A stretch of 64,000 nucleotides of DNA from a virus. The stretch lies in IMG/VR virus record IMGVR_UViG_3300028837_001424, positions 48,592-112,591 of that record, one strand, 5' to 3'. Numbering within the stretch: the stretch's first letter is position 1; each line of letters opens with the position of its first letter. Shown one piece after another: positions 35,395 through 45,138 of this stretch. The position numbers and the translations under genes are program-made. The notes beneath the pieces were generated by a model, which ran no database searches, was not told the DNA's origin, and saw only the letters and a list, made by a program, of their open reading frames with translations.

Positions 35395-36848
35395 TGGGAA
35401 AAGGCAAAAAAAGACTAGAGGGCGCATTATCTAAGCTTATTGGAGATAAGGCCGACAAGCTTGAGTTGGTGCCGGCTAGCGTCGGTGCGTACATAAATGG
35501 TCGCAAGACGGTCCAGGTTGTCGATAAGCCCGATTATATTTGGGTTCGTGTTCGAGGTACTACAGAGCAGAGGACACAGGCATTTAATTCGCATCCATCA
35601 GGCGTTGGTCACCATTGGGATTTGCCAGTTCTAATCTATAAAGATCCTGCCTTTCCTCAAATCTGGAAGGTGTATGGCAGAGACATTGAGAGATACACTG
35701 ATTGGGAAGGTGTAGCATATCAAGTACCTCATGGAAGGAGTCATTCTTTTTTAGGCGGCTCTCAGAAGTGTGGTGATGATCCAGTGTGGGTTGCCCGCGA
35801 GCAAATCACGCCATTACAACCTCACCCGAAACCTACTGGCACATGTGCTATTGATATAAGTTCTGACTTCTATTATTTCGGTGGTCGTTATCATTGGTTT
35901 ACTGCAACTGGCACTATTGATCTTTGTGCTAGTTTTCTACCCACTGGTGGTCATCATGGCAAGTTTGTCACGGTTTATCTTGATGGTGATACAGGGAATC
36001 CTGCTTATCTTGAAGGACCTGAATTTGATCTTATTCTTGCTCCCACCGATCCTGGTATTTATATTTCTGTGCCAACTGACGAGCAGGGTGTACCAGTTGC
36101 AGCCTGTTTAATGACAACTGGAACCACATGGGTCGGATGGGGTGAACTATACGACTTAAGATTTATTCAATCACCAGTTGTTGCTACTGGTTCATATGTG
36201 TGGATTTACGACGAAGGTGCTATCCAGGGACGGGTGCATTCATTAAATTTCGAGGGTGACGGAATCGCAGCTATTGTTTCGGGTAGTTTTGTGCATATCG
36301 TTTATACGCCACCAGCAGCGTCTTTGGGCGCAACCATGCACTGGGACGATGGTTCGCCTCTTTGTACTGGTACAATTATTGATTGGGGTAATAATCTTGA
36401 TGTCTCTTGTAGTGGCACAGTGGTCCGTGTTGATGCATCGGGACTAGGAACCGAGGTTTTACTAAAAACGGCCCACAGTGATGCCGCTGATGCACATACG
36501 ACAGATAATACGTGGGAAGACATTGACAGTATGGTTGTATTGATTTCTCCAACACAATCCTGTGATATTAAATCTGATATTACGTTTGAATGTAGCCCCG
36601 CGTCTGTCAACTGGGAGCATTGGGCCATAAGGTTTGTACTTAATACTGGTACGTTTAGCGAAAATTGGGAGCGCGGCAAAGATGCTAATGCTGATCAAGA
36701 TTGGCTAAAGCTTTTCCATTGCCATACTGTATTTGAAAACGTGTCTGCAGGCACACATCAAGTAAAGGCGCAATGGTGGGACAGAGGCTCTAACATGGAC
36801 CTAACGTTTCAATCAAGACGATTAACGGTCACGACAATAGAAAGGTAA
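35394..36848 (+). CDS. Putative tail fibre / receptor-binding protein
   Basis: Synteny; C-terminal NVSAGTHQVKAQW beta-sandwich typical of phage fibre tips. Confidence 0.55.
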   Translation: MGKGKKRLEGALSKLIGDKADKLELVPASVGAYINGRKTVQVVDKPDYIWVRVRGTTEQRTQAFNSHPSGVGHHWDLPVLIYKDPAFPQIWKVYGRDIERYTDWEGVAYQVPHGRSHSFLGGSQKCGDDPVWVAREQITPLQPHPKPTGTCAIDISSDFYYFGGRYHWFTATGTIDLCASFLPTGGHHGKFVTVYLDGDTGNPAYLEGPEFDLILAPTDPGIYISVPTDEQGVPVAACLMTTGTTWVGWGELYDLRFIQSPVVATGSYVWIYDEGAIQGRVHSLNFEGDGIAAIVSGSFVHIVYTPPAASLGATMHWDDGSPLCTGTIIDWGNNLDVSCSGTVVRVDASGLGTEVLLKTAHSDAADAHTTDNTWEDIDSMVVLISPTQSCDIKSDITFECSPASVNWEHWAIRFVLNTGTFSENWERGKDANADQDWLKLFHCHTVFENVSAGTHQVKAQWWDRGSNMDLTFQSRRLTVTTIER

Positions 36849-36946
36849 TAGAATCAATTTATCCAAATTCTACGGTGCAAATTATCTTGCTAATTGTCGA
36901 TTGAAGGATTATTGTTTATAAGCACTTCGCTTTTGTGAGGTTCTAA

Positions 36947-37288
36947 ATGGCTGGGAACAAAAACAGTAAAAACAGCGGGCGTGTATCGACTCAGCAATTT
37001 CATGACGAGCAAATAAAAGCAACCGAGGCAATTGGTGACATTAGATTAGAGATGTCCGCGATGGAGCTACGCATTGTAGAGAAAATCAATAAGACAATAA
37101 CCGATGGAATCACGGCACAACTCGAATACCAGAAAGGGGCAGACGCCAAGTTCGCCGCCGACAAGGTTCGCATTGGCACACTAGAAGGTAATGTTGAAAA
37201 ACTAGAGAAGTGGGATAAACGAATAGGAGTCGTATCTGCAATTAGCACAATTATAGGTGGAATTCTTGGAATAGATAGACTTAGTTAA
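36947..37288 (+). CDS. Coiled-coil protein with C-terminal TM (lysis-module type)
   Basis: RIGTLEGNVEKLE + IGVVSAISTIIGGILGI. Confidence 0.5.
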   Translation: MAGNKNSKNSGRVSTQQFHDEQIKATEAIGDIRLEMSAMELRIVEKINKTITDGITAQLEYQKGADAKFAADKVRIGTLEGNVEKLEKWDKRIGVVSAISTIIGGILGIDRLS

Positions 37289-37316
37289 TTGGGGAAGTGA
37301 GTAACAGGAGGATAAT

Positions 37317-37628
37317 ATGGATGCACCACTCTTTATAACCGCAACCGCTCTTGCCGCCTTTGTTGTGGAACTGGTGAAATACCTGATCCGCAACTTCATA
37401 CTGAAAGACCCTGAGTTTGACTTTGCACCGATTTTCTACGAGATCGGCGTCCCGCTTGTGGTTTTTCTTTCTGAGCTACTGCTAGGATTAGCAGAGCTTG
37501 GACCAATGCCCGAATTTAGCCTTGTGTTCTTTGCTCGTTGGTTCATCGGTGTAGTGATTGCGCTGGGAACTTACATGCTTACAATCAAGCCGCACAAGGT
37601 CTACCGCGCAAGTCTGCGAGATCAATAA
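37317..37628 (+). CDS. Putative holin
   Basis: RBS AGGAGG, about three TM segments, basic C-terminus. Confidence 0.55.
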   Translation: MDAPLFITATALAAFVVELVKYLIRNFILKDPEFDFAPIFYEIGVPLVVFLSELLLGLAELGPMPEFSLVFFARWFIGVVIALGTYMLTIKPHKVYRASLRDQ

Positions 37629-37659
37629 TCTCGCTTTCTCACTTCCCACCCCCCGCGAC

Positions 37660-37684
37660 AGCCGCCCTCATCGTGAGGGCGGCT
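37660..37684 (+). terminator. GC-rich hairpin after holin
   Basis: AGCCGCCCTCA-tcg-TGAGGGCGGCT. Confidence 0.5.
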
Positions 37685-37730
37685 TGGATTAAACAAATCT
37701 TCGCAAAATTGATGTATAATATTATATAAA

Positions 37731-38096
37731 ATGAAAAAGCTTATAAGTAGTGGATTAATTAGGTCTGGCAGTATACTACCATGGGTTTTTATGTACGAGG
37801 AAAATTTTGAGGATTGGTTTGTTAATAATCAATATAACAGAAGCTTTTTTGAGGACTTTGAGGACGATTGGTCTACCGACAACGCATTCGTGTCCTCCGT
37901 CTTTACTGAAGAGTTCGAGAGTTGGCCGTTGCCTGGCACATGGGTTGTGACATTCACTGATGTTTTCGAGAGTAATTGGTTCGTCGATAATGCGTATGGA
38001 GTATTGCTAGAAGAAGATTTTGAGTCAACTTGGTCCCTCGACAATGCGTTTGATACTCCAGTCATGACAGAGGATTTTGAAAATGGAGTTTGGTGA
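37731..38096 (+). CDS. Acidic repeat protein (E[D/E/N]FE..W x6); start may be 37791
   Basis: EENFEDW, FEDFEDDW, TEEFESW, TDVFESNW, EEDFESTW, TEDFENGVW. Confidence 0.55.
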   Translation: MKKLISSGLIRSGSILPWVFMYEENFEDWFVNNQYNRSFFEDFEDDWSTDNAFVSSVFTEEFESWPLPGTWVVTFTDVFESNWFVDNAYGVLLEEDFESTWSLDNAFDTPVMTEDFENGVW

Positions 38097-38641
38097 TGGC
38101 AAGGTCAGACTGGGATATTGGAGGTGATGGGGGTCAAGGCATTACTGATGTTGATGGGTCGAAGCGGTGCGAATTATCAGGCATAAAGTGGATGGCCTGG
38201 AATGGCGATTCGGAATTAACCGATGTAGAAATCATCGCAGATATTAGATTATATGGAACGAATGGCTATAATCAAGGCGGTCTATTTCTTAGGGCAGGCG
38301 AGGGAGTAGCACCTGGATCAGACCCGACGTGGAACTGCTATCGGTTTAGGCGTCAATATCAAAGCCACTGTTATCTAGATGTAATCGCAAACGGCGTTAA
38401 AACACAATTAGCATATGCAACGACTAGCTTTAACTATAACCAATGGGTGCGTACTAGGTTTAGAATTGATGGATGGCAAATTTCCGTAGATGAATATTTC
38501 GGAAGTGACTGGCAACAATTGATGTTGGTCGAGGACACGAGCCATCATCACCTTGACGGTTATGTGGGGCTTATTGGGACCAATACTAATTCTGTAGGCT
38601 CGATCTTATATGATGATATTGAGATATCGGAGAAAGCATAA
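38090..38641 (+). CDS. Concanavalin A / lectin-like beta-sandwich protein
   Basis: GGLFLR...CY...NQWVRTRFRIDG..I...GYVGL...YDDIEI. Confidence 0.55.
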   Translation: MVMARSDWDIGGDGGQGITDVDGSKRCELSGIKWMAWNGDSELTDVEIIADIRLYGTNGYNQGGLFLRAGEGVAPGSDPTWNCYRFRRQYQSHCYLDVIANGVKTQLAYATTSFNYNQWVRTRFRIDGWQISVDEYFGSDWQQLMLVEDTSHHHLDGYVGLIGTNTNSVGSILYDDIEISEKA

Positions 38642-38667
38642 TAAGAAATTAGTTAGAACTCGCCTCT

Positions 38668-40131
38668 CTAATATCGCCAACCAACGTCATCCCCATATTT
38701 ATCTTGTGCGTCAGCATTAATTTGTTCAAGATGATTCCTGGCTTCATAGCTCTTGCCATTGTAAATTGCCGTACCGTTATTGATGAGAATAGGTGTAACG
38801 GTGTGATAATCTTGATCATCAAAGTATTCAACAACGCCAACACATTGCTGCCAATTCTGTCTGGCCTTTTTACCAGGCACAACGCCATCTATTCTACAAA
38901 GACAACCCATTGACCATACGCCAACCGTCCTCGCCCCATTGCGCTCGTGTATGGTTTTTAATGCACATTCCACTCTATGGCTATGGCCAATGATGTGAGT
39001 TTCGTTGACATCGTTTATCATTGCCGAAACAGTGCCACCAGACTTTGCGCGCACGACTTGTCCGTGTTCACAAACAATATAATCGTTCAACCATACCTGC
39101 CCGTTAGGATAATCCTCTATCCATTCAACGTCGATGTCGTGTAGGGCCATAATACGAGGGATGCTCATAAGAGGCGGTAAATCAATCCCATCAACTGAAC
39201 GAAGCCCAAAAGCCTCCTTGAAATGCTTATTCAAAATATTTGGGATTCTTATTTCGTGATTACCCTGAATTAAGGCCGCACGGGCTTTAGGATCAGCTAG
39301 ACGGAATTGCACCATCCACCACTTGCCTTCAATAACGGCGGGTTGTGTCGTCCAGTAATAGTTTGGTGATCGAATAAATTTATCTGTCCAATCAGCTAGA
39401 TCCAACCAGTCGCCTAAGTAGATGTGTGCGTCAAAGTGATATGTCTGTGCAATCTGTAAAGCTATATCGAGCGCGCCTCTATCATGGAAAGGCGTGAGCT
39501 TTGCCGTGCGGAGCGATTTCGTAAAACCGAACTGTGCATCAGGGATTATGAGCGCACGCTTCATAAAAGCCGCCTCCTGGGGCTGAGGCTGCTCTAGCTG
39601 AGTGACCGTGATCTCGACTGGCGAAACAACTGGAAATAAAGGAATTGGCTTTTTTCGAACTAGCCACACCTTCACCTGGAACAATGGCTCAACAACAATT
39701 TCCTCACAACCTTTTGGACCAAACTTAGCACCAACCTCCCACTTATTAATTATGTGTCTTTGTACTTCCCAAATATCCAGGTCGATCTCGCAATATTCTA
39801 TGAGTTGTTCGAGCGATGTAATTCTATCGCTCTTTATAGATTCGACAATCATCATATTGTCTTTTTCTTCAAATTCGACCACGGCCATTTCCGGTACTTC
39901 TCTACGGCGCTCCCCCTCTGTTTCTGCTTGGCCATTTAAAACAGCAGACCACTTGCGCTCAATGGACCTGAGCGAGCGCCCTAATGCCTCTGCTATTTCT
40001 TTATTCATTAAGTTGGTGTGGAGCTTACAGTGCTCCAAGAATTTCCGCTCGTCTGGATGCCAGGGACCAGTAATGAAGCCGTCATCATCAATTCTGATGC
40101 GGCCCTCATATCTCATTCCTTTATATTCCAT
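38668..40131 (-). CDS. Calcineurin-like metallophosphoesterase with N-terminal HTH
   Basis: IIPDAQ, LGDWLD, QGNHE, CEHG, IGHSHR; KEIAEALGRSLRSI. Confidence 0.75.
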   Translation of the reverse strand: MEYKGMRYEGRIRIDDDGFITGPWHPDERKFLEHCKLHTNLMNKEIAEALGRSLRSIERKWSAVLNGQAETEGERRREVPEMAVVEFEEKDNMMIVESIKSDRITSLEQLIEYCEIDLDIWEVQRHIINKWEVGAKFGPKGCEEIVVEPLFQVKVWLVRKKPIPLFPVVSPVEITVTQLEQPQPQEAAFMKRALIIPDAQFGFTKSLRTAKLTPFHDRGALDIALQIAQTYHFDAHIYLGDWLDLADWTDKFIRSPNYYWTTQPAVIEGKWWMVQFRLADPKARAALIQGNHEIRIPNILNKHFKEAFGLRSVDGIDLPPLMSIPRIMALHDIDVEWIEDYPNGQVWLNDYIVCEHGQVVRAKSGGTVSAMINDVNETHIIGHSHRVECALKTIHERNGARTVGVWSMGCLCRIDGVVPGKKARQNWQQCVGVVEYFDDQDYHTVTPILINNGTAIYNGKSYEARNHLEQINADAQDKYGDDVGWRY

Positions 40132-40218
40132 ATGGGGACTCCAAGTTATCGATTTCCCTTCTCACGATAAGCATTATAGACTATTAGTATCTTTTTAGCA
40201 AAACAGTTTGCACCTAAA

Positions 40219-40247
40219 GAAAACACCCCTTTTTCGGGGTTTTTTTC
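40219..40247. terminator. Candidate intrinsic terminator
   Basis: AAAACACCCC-ttttc-GGGGTTTTTTT. Confidence 0.5.
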
Positions 40248-40268
40248 ATGCCCTAGAACAAAATACCG

Positions 40269-40916
40269 TCAATCATGTTTTACTAGAACGGGCTTCCAGC
40301 CACGCTTCAAGTATCCATCAACCTGCTTGTCAGTTACGTTCTCGTCAACCACTACTTCAATGGCATCTGGTTTCCAAATCCTAAAAATACCAGGACTGAA
40401 CTCTGGTTCTCTTGTTGAGCCATCGTCTTGCTGAGGATATTCAGCGATCACTTTCCTATGGGCCAATAAGACAAACGTTTCTCCGATCTTGAAGTCGCGA
40501 GGTATCGAGTTGAGCCGGCGACTTATCCCCATTTCCTCGGCTTCAATTATGAAGTGACCAATTGTGGGATAAAACCTCTTGCCAATCCAGATCAAACCAG
40601 CCTTTAGATCTTGGCTATTATCGGTTGCCAAGAGGCCTCTACTGACAATTTGATTAATGACACAATGAGCACATTCGGCCAATGGGGCATAACAAGGAAC
40701 ATCTTTAAGGCAAGCCAAAATCAATCTTTCGGCATCGACCCATGTCCATCCTCTCGCGGGCTTGAAGCCAGTGCCACAACAAGGACAAACCTTGAGAGGA
40801 ATTGGCAGACGGCCACAACGAATTGGAGGCCCTCTACCCACCAGATATTTACCACCTATCTTTCGGTAGCCACAGCCTCGCTTTGATTCAACTGAGATTT
40901 TGACAGATGGATGCAT
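40269..40916 (-). CDS. Hypothetical Cys-rich protein
   Basis: ESKRGCGYRK..G.YL; RBS AAGGAG. Confidence 0.55.
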   Translation of the reverse strand: MHPSVKISVESKRGCGYRKIGGKYLVGRGPPIRCGRLPIPLKVCPCCGTGFKPARGWTWVDAERLILACLKDVPCYAPLAECAHCVINQIVSRGLLATDNSQDLKAGLIWIGKRFYPTIGHFIIEAEEMGISRRLNSIPRDFKIGETFVLLAHRKVIAEYPQQDDGSTREPEFSPGIFRIWKPDAIEVVVDENVTDKQVDGYLKRGWKPVLVKHD

Positions 40917-40980
40917 TTACATCTCCTTATCCAATAGACCTGGCATGGCGGCATGTGGGGGAATTAGTTTGATTCATGTG

Positions 40981-41619
40981 TCACACTGCGAAGTCCTTAT
41001 GTTTTATTTTTGTAATTATCCTGCCCCCGCTTCTGTTGCGCAATTCCACCTGCGGGCGCATTACCAATCCTTCAGCAAGAAAATCTCCGAATGTCGATTT
41101 TAGACCATCGCTAACTAAGTCAATGCCAGTGCCTAATTCACCCGTACCCACGATAGGCACGACATCAATCCCTAAAACGCCCGCTATATCCTCTACGTTT
41201 TCTCTTTCAAGCCACACTTCGCCAATGCGAACATCGAACGCAATAAACGACACGCCATCAGGGATATAATTGACGCCGACCTTTTGTATTTTTGCGCCAT
41301 ATCCTTCCCCATAAATCGTCATGCTCGTTTCGGGATAAGCCGCCAGGAATTTTTCTTTAGGAAATATAGTTTGTAATTTAGAGAATAGGAATGTGGGCAT
41401 TTGCGCTCTCTCTGTTCTGCCCCCCAGTCTCACTTCCCCATCCTCGCAATCCCACATAACACGGATATTTGTGCCATCTATCTTCTCTGTGAATACCCAA
41501 GTATTACTCTTTAGATAATCGAACTCTTGCAGGGCGTATAGTCCCCATAGAAGAGTCTTATAGTTGTTCTCTGGATCACGCAGAAACACAGTCTTGATTT
41601 TCGGGTATTTGTCACTCAT
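40981..41619 (-). CDS. RNA ligase (Rnl2-like nucleotidyltransferase)
   Basis: EKIDGTN (motif I), YGE, FDV, EGLV, KIK. Confidence 0.8.
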   Translation of the reverse strand: MSDKYPKIKTVFLRDPENNYKTLLWGLYALQEFDYLKSNTWVFTEKIDGTNIRVMWDCEDGEVRLGGRTERAQMPTFLFSKLQTIFPKEKFLAAYPETSMTIYGEGYGAKIQKVGVNYIPDGVSFIAFDVRIGEVWLERENVEDIAGVLGIDVVPIVGTGELGTGIDLVSDGLKSTFGDFLAEGLVMRPQVELRNRSGGRIITKIKHKDFAV

Positions 41620-41655
41620 CTCTCTCGCCTCAAAACGCAATATACTCGTGGCTCG

Positions 41656-41886
41656 TCACTCAAACTTTTCATGCCATTTATCATAAACGTCTCGACTAAC
41701 TTTCATAGTAGAAACGATGCGAATTTCGTCATCAAATTGATCTTGAAGTTCTATCATCCATTCCCACGGTTCCTGATCTATAAAACAGTTATCTAGTTTC
41801 CAGTCCGAGTTCGGTTTATTGTTCCGCCAAATATATGAGATGAAGTAGCAGTTATTATTCATTTCAATCTCCTTCTGATTGAACAT
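41656..41886 (-). CDS. Hypothetical protein
   Basis: ORF in operon. Confidence 0.45.
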   Translation of the reverse strand: MFNQKEIEMNNNCYFISYIWRNNKPNSDWKLDNCFIDQEPWEWMIELQDQFDDEIRIVSTMKVSRDVYDKWHEKFE

Positions 41887-43210
41887 CCCTTAGTGCCGGA
41901 ATGCGTTTGCCCTCAATTAATTCAGGAACGCATATGATCACGCATTTTTCTTCATCCTGTTCGCCAATGCCAGCCATCGATGCCGTCTTAATCATGTCCT
42001 TTGTTGGCTTGTATAGGCAGGCCAACACTCCTCGTTGCGCCCTCTCTTTGGTGACAGTGCCGATCAGATCTCTTACATGTGCGAGGTGATTGCGCCCGCC
42101 TTTGACCGAGATAATTGTTTTGTAAACCTCACCGTCTTTAAGAACGTCCACCAACACACCATCAATACCGCTATCCTTGCCTTTCTTAGCAGTCTTTTGT
42201 TTGACCTTATTTACCTCAAGAACATTCAATACCCATGCTTGGAACTGGAATTTATCTCGCATAGCCAATGCTTCTGCTTGCTTGAAGGTGTGAGGTTCGC
42301 CACTAATTTCTACTTCAAACCCAGCCTCTTGTAATCGTCGCTCAGCTATGTCGATCGCCATGAAGGTAAGATCACATCCTATGCCGACACGCCCTAGTTT
42401 GGCAGCTACCACCACTGTAGTACCAGATCCGCAGAATGGATCGAATACTACATCGCCTGGATTGCTTGAAGCTTTGATAATGCGCTCTAGAAGTCGCTGA
42501 GGCTTCTGGGTTTGGTAACCTGTGTATTCGATTGATGAGCGTGGGGCAATCCCAATACCTGTCCACCAATCCTCGGGAATCTTACCTTTGACAATGTACT
42601 TTGGGTCATCTATATTAGATTTGCCGCCCTTGAACCCGCCGGCGTGTGGTCCACCATCAGCATGAGGTATCCTAACTTCGTCTTTATTAAACGTCCAGGC
42701 TTTACCAATTGAATACCAGAGAATATTGTCATGTTTACGATTAAACTGGCGCATACCTGGAGAACCTGGACCTGTGTACGCCCATATTACCTCATTGCGG
42801 AAGTTGTCAGCACCAAATATTGCATCCATTAACGATCGCAAGTGATGTACTGCAAACTTGTCACAATGTAAGTAGATGCTCCCAGTCTCTTTCAATAGCC
42901 TTCGACATTCAATTAACCTCTCGGCCATAAAGTAAAGATAGGAGAGCATCCCACAACTACCAATGATCTTGAGCATACCTTCGGTCCATTTGGAGATAGA
43001 GTTTCCGCGCTTCACTAAGCGCTCGTAAAGCCTCATATCACTAGAGTCCCACGACCAGGTATCATCAAAGGCTTTTGCTTGTCCATTGGCCACTATAACG
43101 TTGTATACCTTTTTTGAGTTGAATGGGGGGTCTAGGTAGATGAGATCAACGCTTTCATCTGCCATGTCTTGCATAAAGGTTAGGTTATCTCCAAAGTGCA
43201 AGCGATGCAT
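41864..43210 (-). CDS. Amino-DNA methyltransferase (beta class) fused to Mrr-like endonuclease domain
   Basis: IYLDPPF, TQKP, VFDPFCGSGTT; C-terminal DSGIDG...IISVKGG...VRDLIG. Confidence 0.8.
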   Translation of the reverse strand: MHRLHFGDNLTFMQDMADESVDLIYLDPPFNSKKVYNVIVANGQAKAFDDTWSWDSSDMRLYERLVKRGNSISKWTEGMLKIIGSCGMLSYLYFMAERLIECRRLLKETGSIYLHCDKFAVHHLRSLMDAIFGADNFRNEVIWAYTGPGSPGMRQFNRKHDNILWYSIGKAWTFNKDEVRIPHADGGPHAGGFKGGKSNIDDPKYIVKGKIPEDWWTGIGIAPRSSIEYTGYQTQKPQRLLERIIKASSNPGDVVFDPFCGSGTTVVVAAKLGRVGIGCDLTFMAIDIAERRLQEAGFEVEISGEPHTFKQAEALAMRDKFQFQAWVLNVLEVNKVKQKTAKKGKDSGIDGVLVDVLKDGEVYKTIISVKGGRNHLAHVRDLIGTVTKERAQRGVLACLYKPTKDMIKTASMAGIGEQDEEKCVIICVPELIEGKRIPALRDVQSEGD

Positions 43211-43229
43211 ATTGATCCCCAAAGTTATT

Positions 43230-43577
43230 TTAATTCCAAGTGAGATAGATTGATCTAATACCAAGAACAAAATTTATTATTCCTAATAGGTTAAAGATAA
43301 GCCCTATAAGGCTGGGTTCCCAAACGTGCCAAGTTAGAAGCATTGCCGGTCCAGTATATGCATTTGGTGGCTTAAACTTACTTTTGGTTGTTTGATCTTT
43401 CCACACACCAATACTAAACAGAATCGCACCCGCAGAAAGTGTCTGTAACTGAGAATTTGAAACACCCTTAGTTTCAATACAGAGCGAGGTGATAAACACA
43501 ACAACTCCTGTATAAAAAATCGCTTTATACCATTTGTCAATAGCCATTGCCTTAAAAAAGTCAGTCATTATATTCAT
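43230..43577 (-). CDS. Hypothetical membrane protein
   Basis: About three hydrophobic segments. Confidence 0.5.
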   Translation of the reverse strand: MNIMTDFFKAMAIDKWYKAIFYTGVVVFITSLCIETKGVSNSQLQTLSAGAILFSIGVWKDQTTKSKFKPPNAYTGPAMLLTWHVWEPSLIGLIFNLLGIINFVLGIRSIYLTWN

Positions 43578-43600
43578 TGACCCTCATTTTTGTTCCAATA

Positions 43601-43630
43601 GGCCTAGCGGGGTTCGACGCCCGCTAGGCC
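43601..43630 (-). terminator. Hairpin after lipoprotein gene
   Basis: GGCCTAGCGGG...CCCGCTAGGCC. Confidence 0.55.
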
Positions 43631-43654
43631 CAAGTCATTCATTCGTAGATTTTT

Positions 43655-44995
43655 CTACTGACCACCGACTGGTTGAGGTGGATCAGGTCTCTCAACCCCG
43701 TGGCACTTATCAAACGATTCTTGGTCACGCTGGCCTCGTAGGTGTCTTGCCCACAAGCACTTGAGGACGCAAATAGGCTGTCGGTAATAACCGTACCGAT
43801 CGCAAGCCCAGTAACCATATTCGGTTCCATCGTCATAGACCATGCCACCGCAAGGCTGATTGTCTGCGACCCACTCCACAACTCCCGCACCACAAATGGC
43901 TGGTTGCCGTTCGACAGATACTCCGCTTTCGGTCAAGACCATACAGTAGGGGAGCCATCCTTCGGGCGGGCTGTAGCTAATGAGAAGTTGCAACGGACAC
44001 ACTGGCTTAGGATAGGTACACGATCCGTCATCAAGCTCTGCAGCCGGATTGTAATTCATGGCTTCGGGATCTGTACAGCCATAAATGGCGGCTCTCTCTT
44101 CGGTTTCGATTTGTTGATCGCATTCGTGTTCTGGATCACGACTGTCGAAGTATTCAATGAGGCGGTGTCTGAACCATATGCCGTCTTCCAGATACCAGTC
44201 AGCCCACTCTCCAATGATCTTGTTGGTAACGGAACAAACTTGATAATATTCACAGCTACCATCGTCATATTCGGCGTCAGGGTTGTAATTCTCGGCATCT
44301 TCGTCCGTGCAGCCACCAATGGCATCCTTATACTCTGTTTCAGTGCGAGTAGAGCATATGTGTTCAGTATTTTGGGCGTCATAGATGGTTACTGTTCTTG
44401 AACGCACCCACTCATCTCCTACTAGCGCCCACTCTGACCAATTGCCATAGACAGGATCGGTTTGCTCATCGCACACCTGATAGTATTCACAGGAGCCATC
44501 ATCATATTCGGCTTCGGGATTGTAGTTTTCAGCCACGGGATCAGTACACCCCTGGGTGGCATCCCGATATTCGTATTCCATATCGCTTGAGCACGCATGC
44601 TGCTGATTGCGCACGTCGTAGAATGTGACAGAACGCGAGCGCTCCCATGTATCGCTTACCAGAACCCAATCAGACCATGCACCAAAGACAGGGCCGATCT
44701 GCTCGCTACATACTTCGTAATAGATGCACGAGCCGTCATCCACGGTGGCATCTGGATTGAAGTTTTCGGCGGCGGGGTCGGTGCAACCGGGAACGGATGG
44801 ACACCATGAATGACCATAGAAACGAGATTCAAACATTCCAGGATCATCGGTGCTTTGAACGACGCCGTCTTTGGTATAGTAGTAAAGCCCATCCTGCTCA
44901 CAATAACCGAGCACTTCGTAATTGTGTCCGCCGTACTCACAACCAGTTAATAGTAGACCGATTATGAGCATGAAAAAAATCAGCCATCTTTTCAT
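43655..44995 (-). CDS. Cys-rich repeat lipoprotein
   Basis: Lipobox LTGC; 4 x GCTD..A.N[YF]NP.A..DDGSC alternating with W..W...RSR segments; RBS GGAGG. Confidence 0.75.
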   Translation of the reverse strand: MKRWLIFFMLIIGLLLTGCEYGGHNYEVLGYCEQDGLYYYTKDGVVQSTDDPGMFESRFYGHSWCPSVPGCTDPAAENFNPDATVDDGSCIYYEVCSEQIGPVFGAWSDWVLVSDTWERSRSVTFYDVRNQQHACSSDMEYEYRDATQGCTDPVAENYNPEAEYDDGSCEYYQVCDEQTDPVYGNWSEWALVGDEWVRSRTVTIYDAQNTEHICSTRTETEYKDAIGGCTDEDAENYNPDAEYDDGSCEYYQVCSVTNKIIGEWADWYLEDGIWFRHRLIEYFDSRDPEHECDQQIETEERAAIYGCTDPEAMNYNPAAELDDGSCTYPKPVCPLQLLISYSPPEGWLPYCMVLTESGVSVERQPAICGAGVVEWVADNQPCGGMVYDDGTEYGYWACDRYGYYRQPICVLKCLWARHLRGQRDQESFDKCHGVERPDPPQPVGGQ

Positions 44996-45024
44996 CGTTA
45001 TGACCCTCCTTTTAGGTCAACCAA

Positions 45025-45069
45025 ATTATACCCGCACGGGCATATATGGTCAAGTTACTTTGGTACTAT
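45025..45069 (-). promoter_or_regulatory. Promoter with conserved upstream box (copy 2)
   Basis: ATAGTACCAAAGTAAC-TTGACC-17-TATAAT. Confidence 0.75.
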
Positions 45070-45138
45070 TTTTTGCTCGTTGAACCAAGCCAACGAACCA
45101 GGTTTACAAAGACTAGTGCAATCACGATCACTAATATG

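Noticed and set aside
39602-44401. Long antisense ORFs (39602-40198, 43742-44401)
   Set aside because: Shadows of well-supported opposite-strand genes
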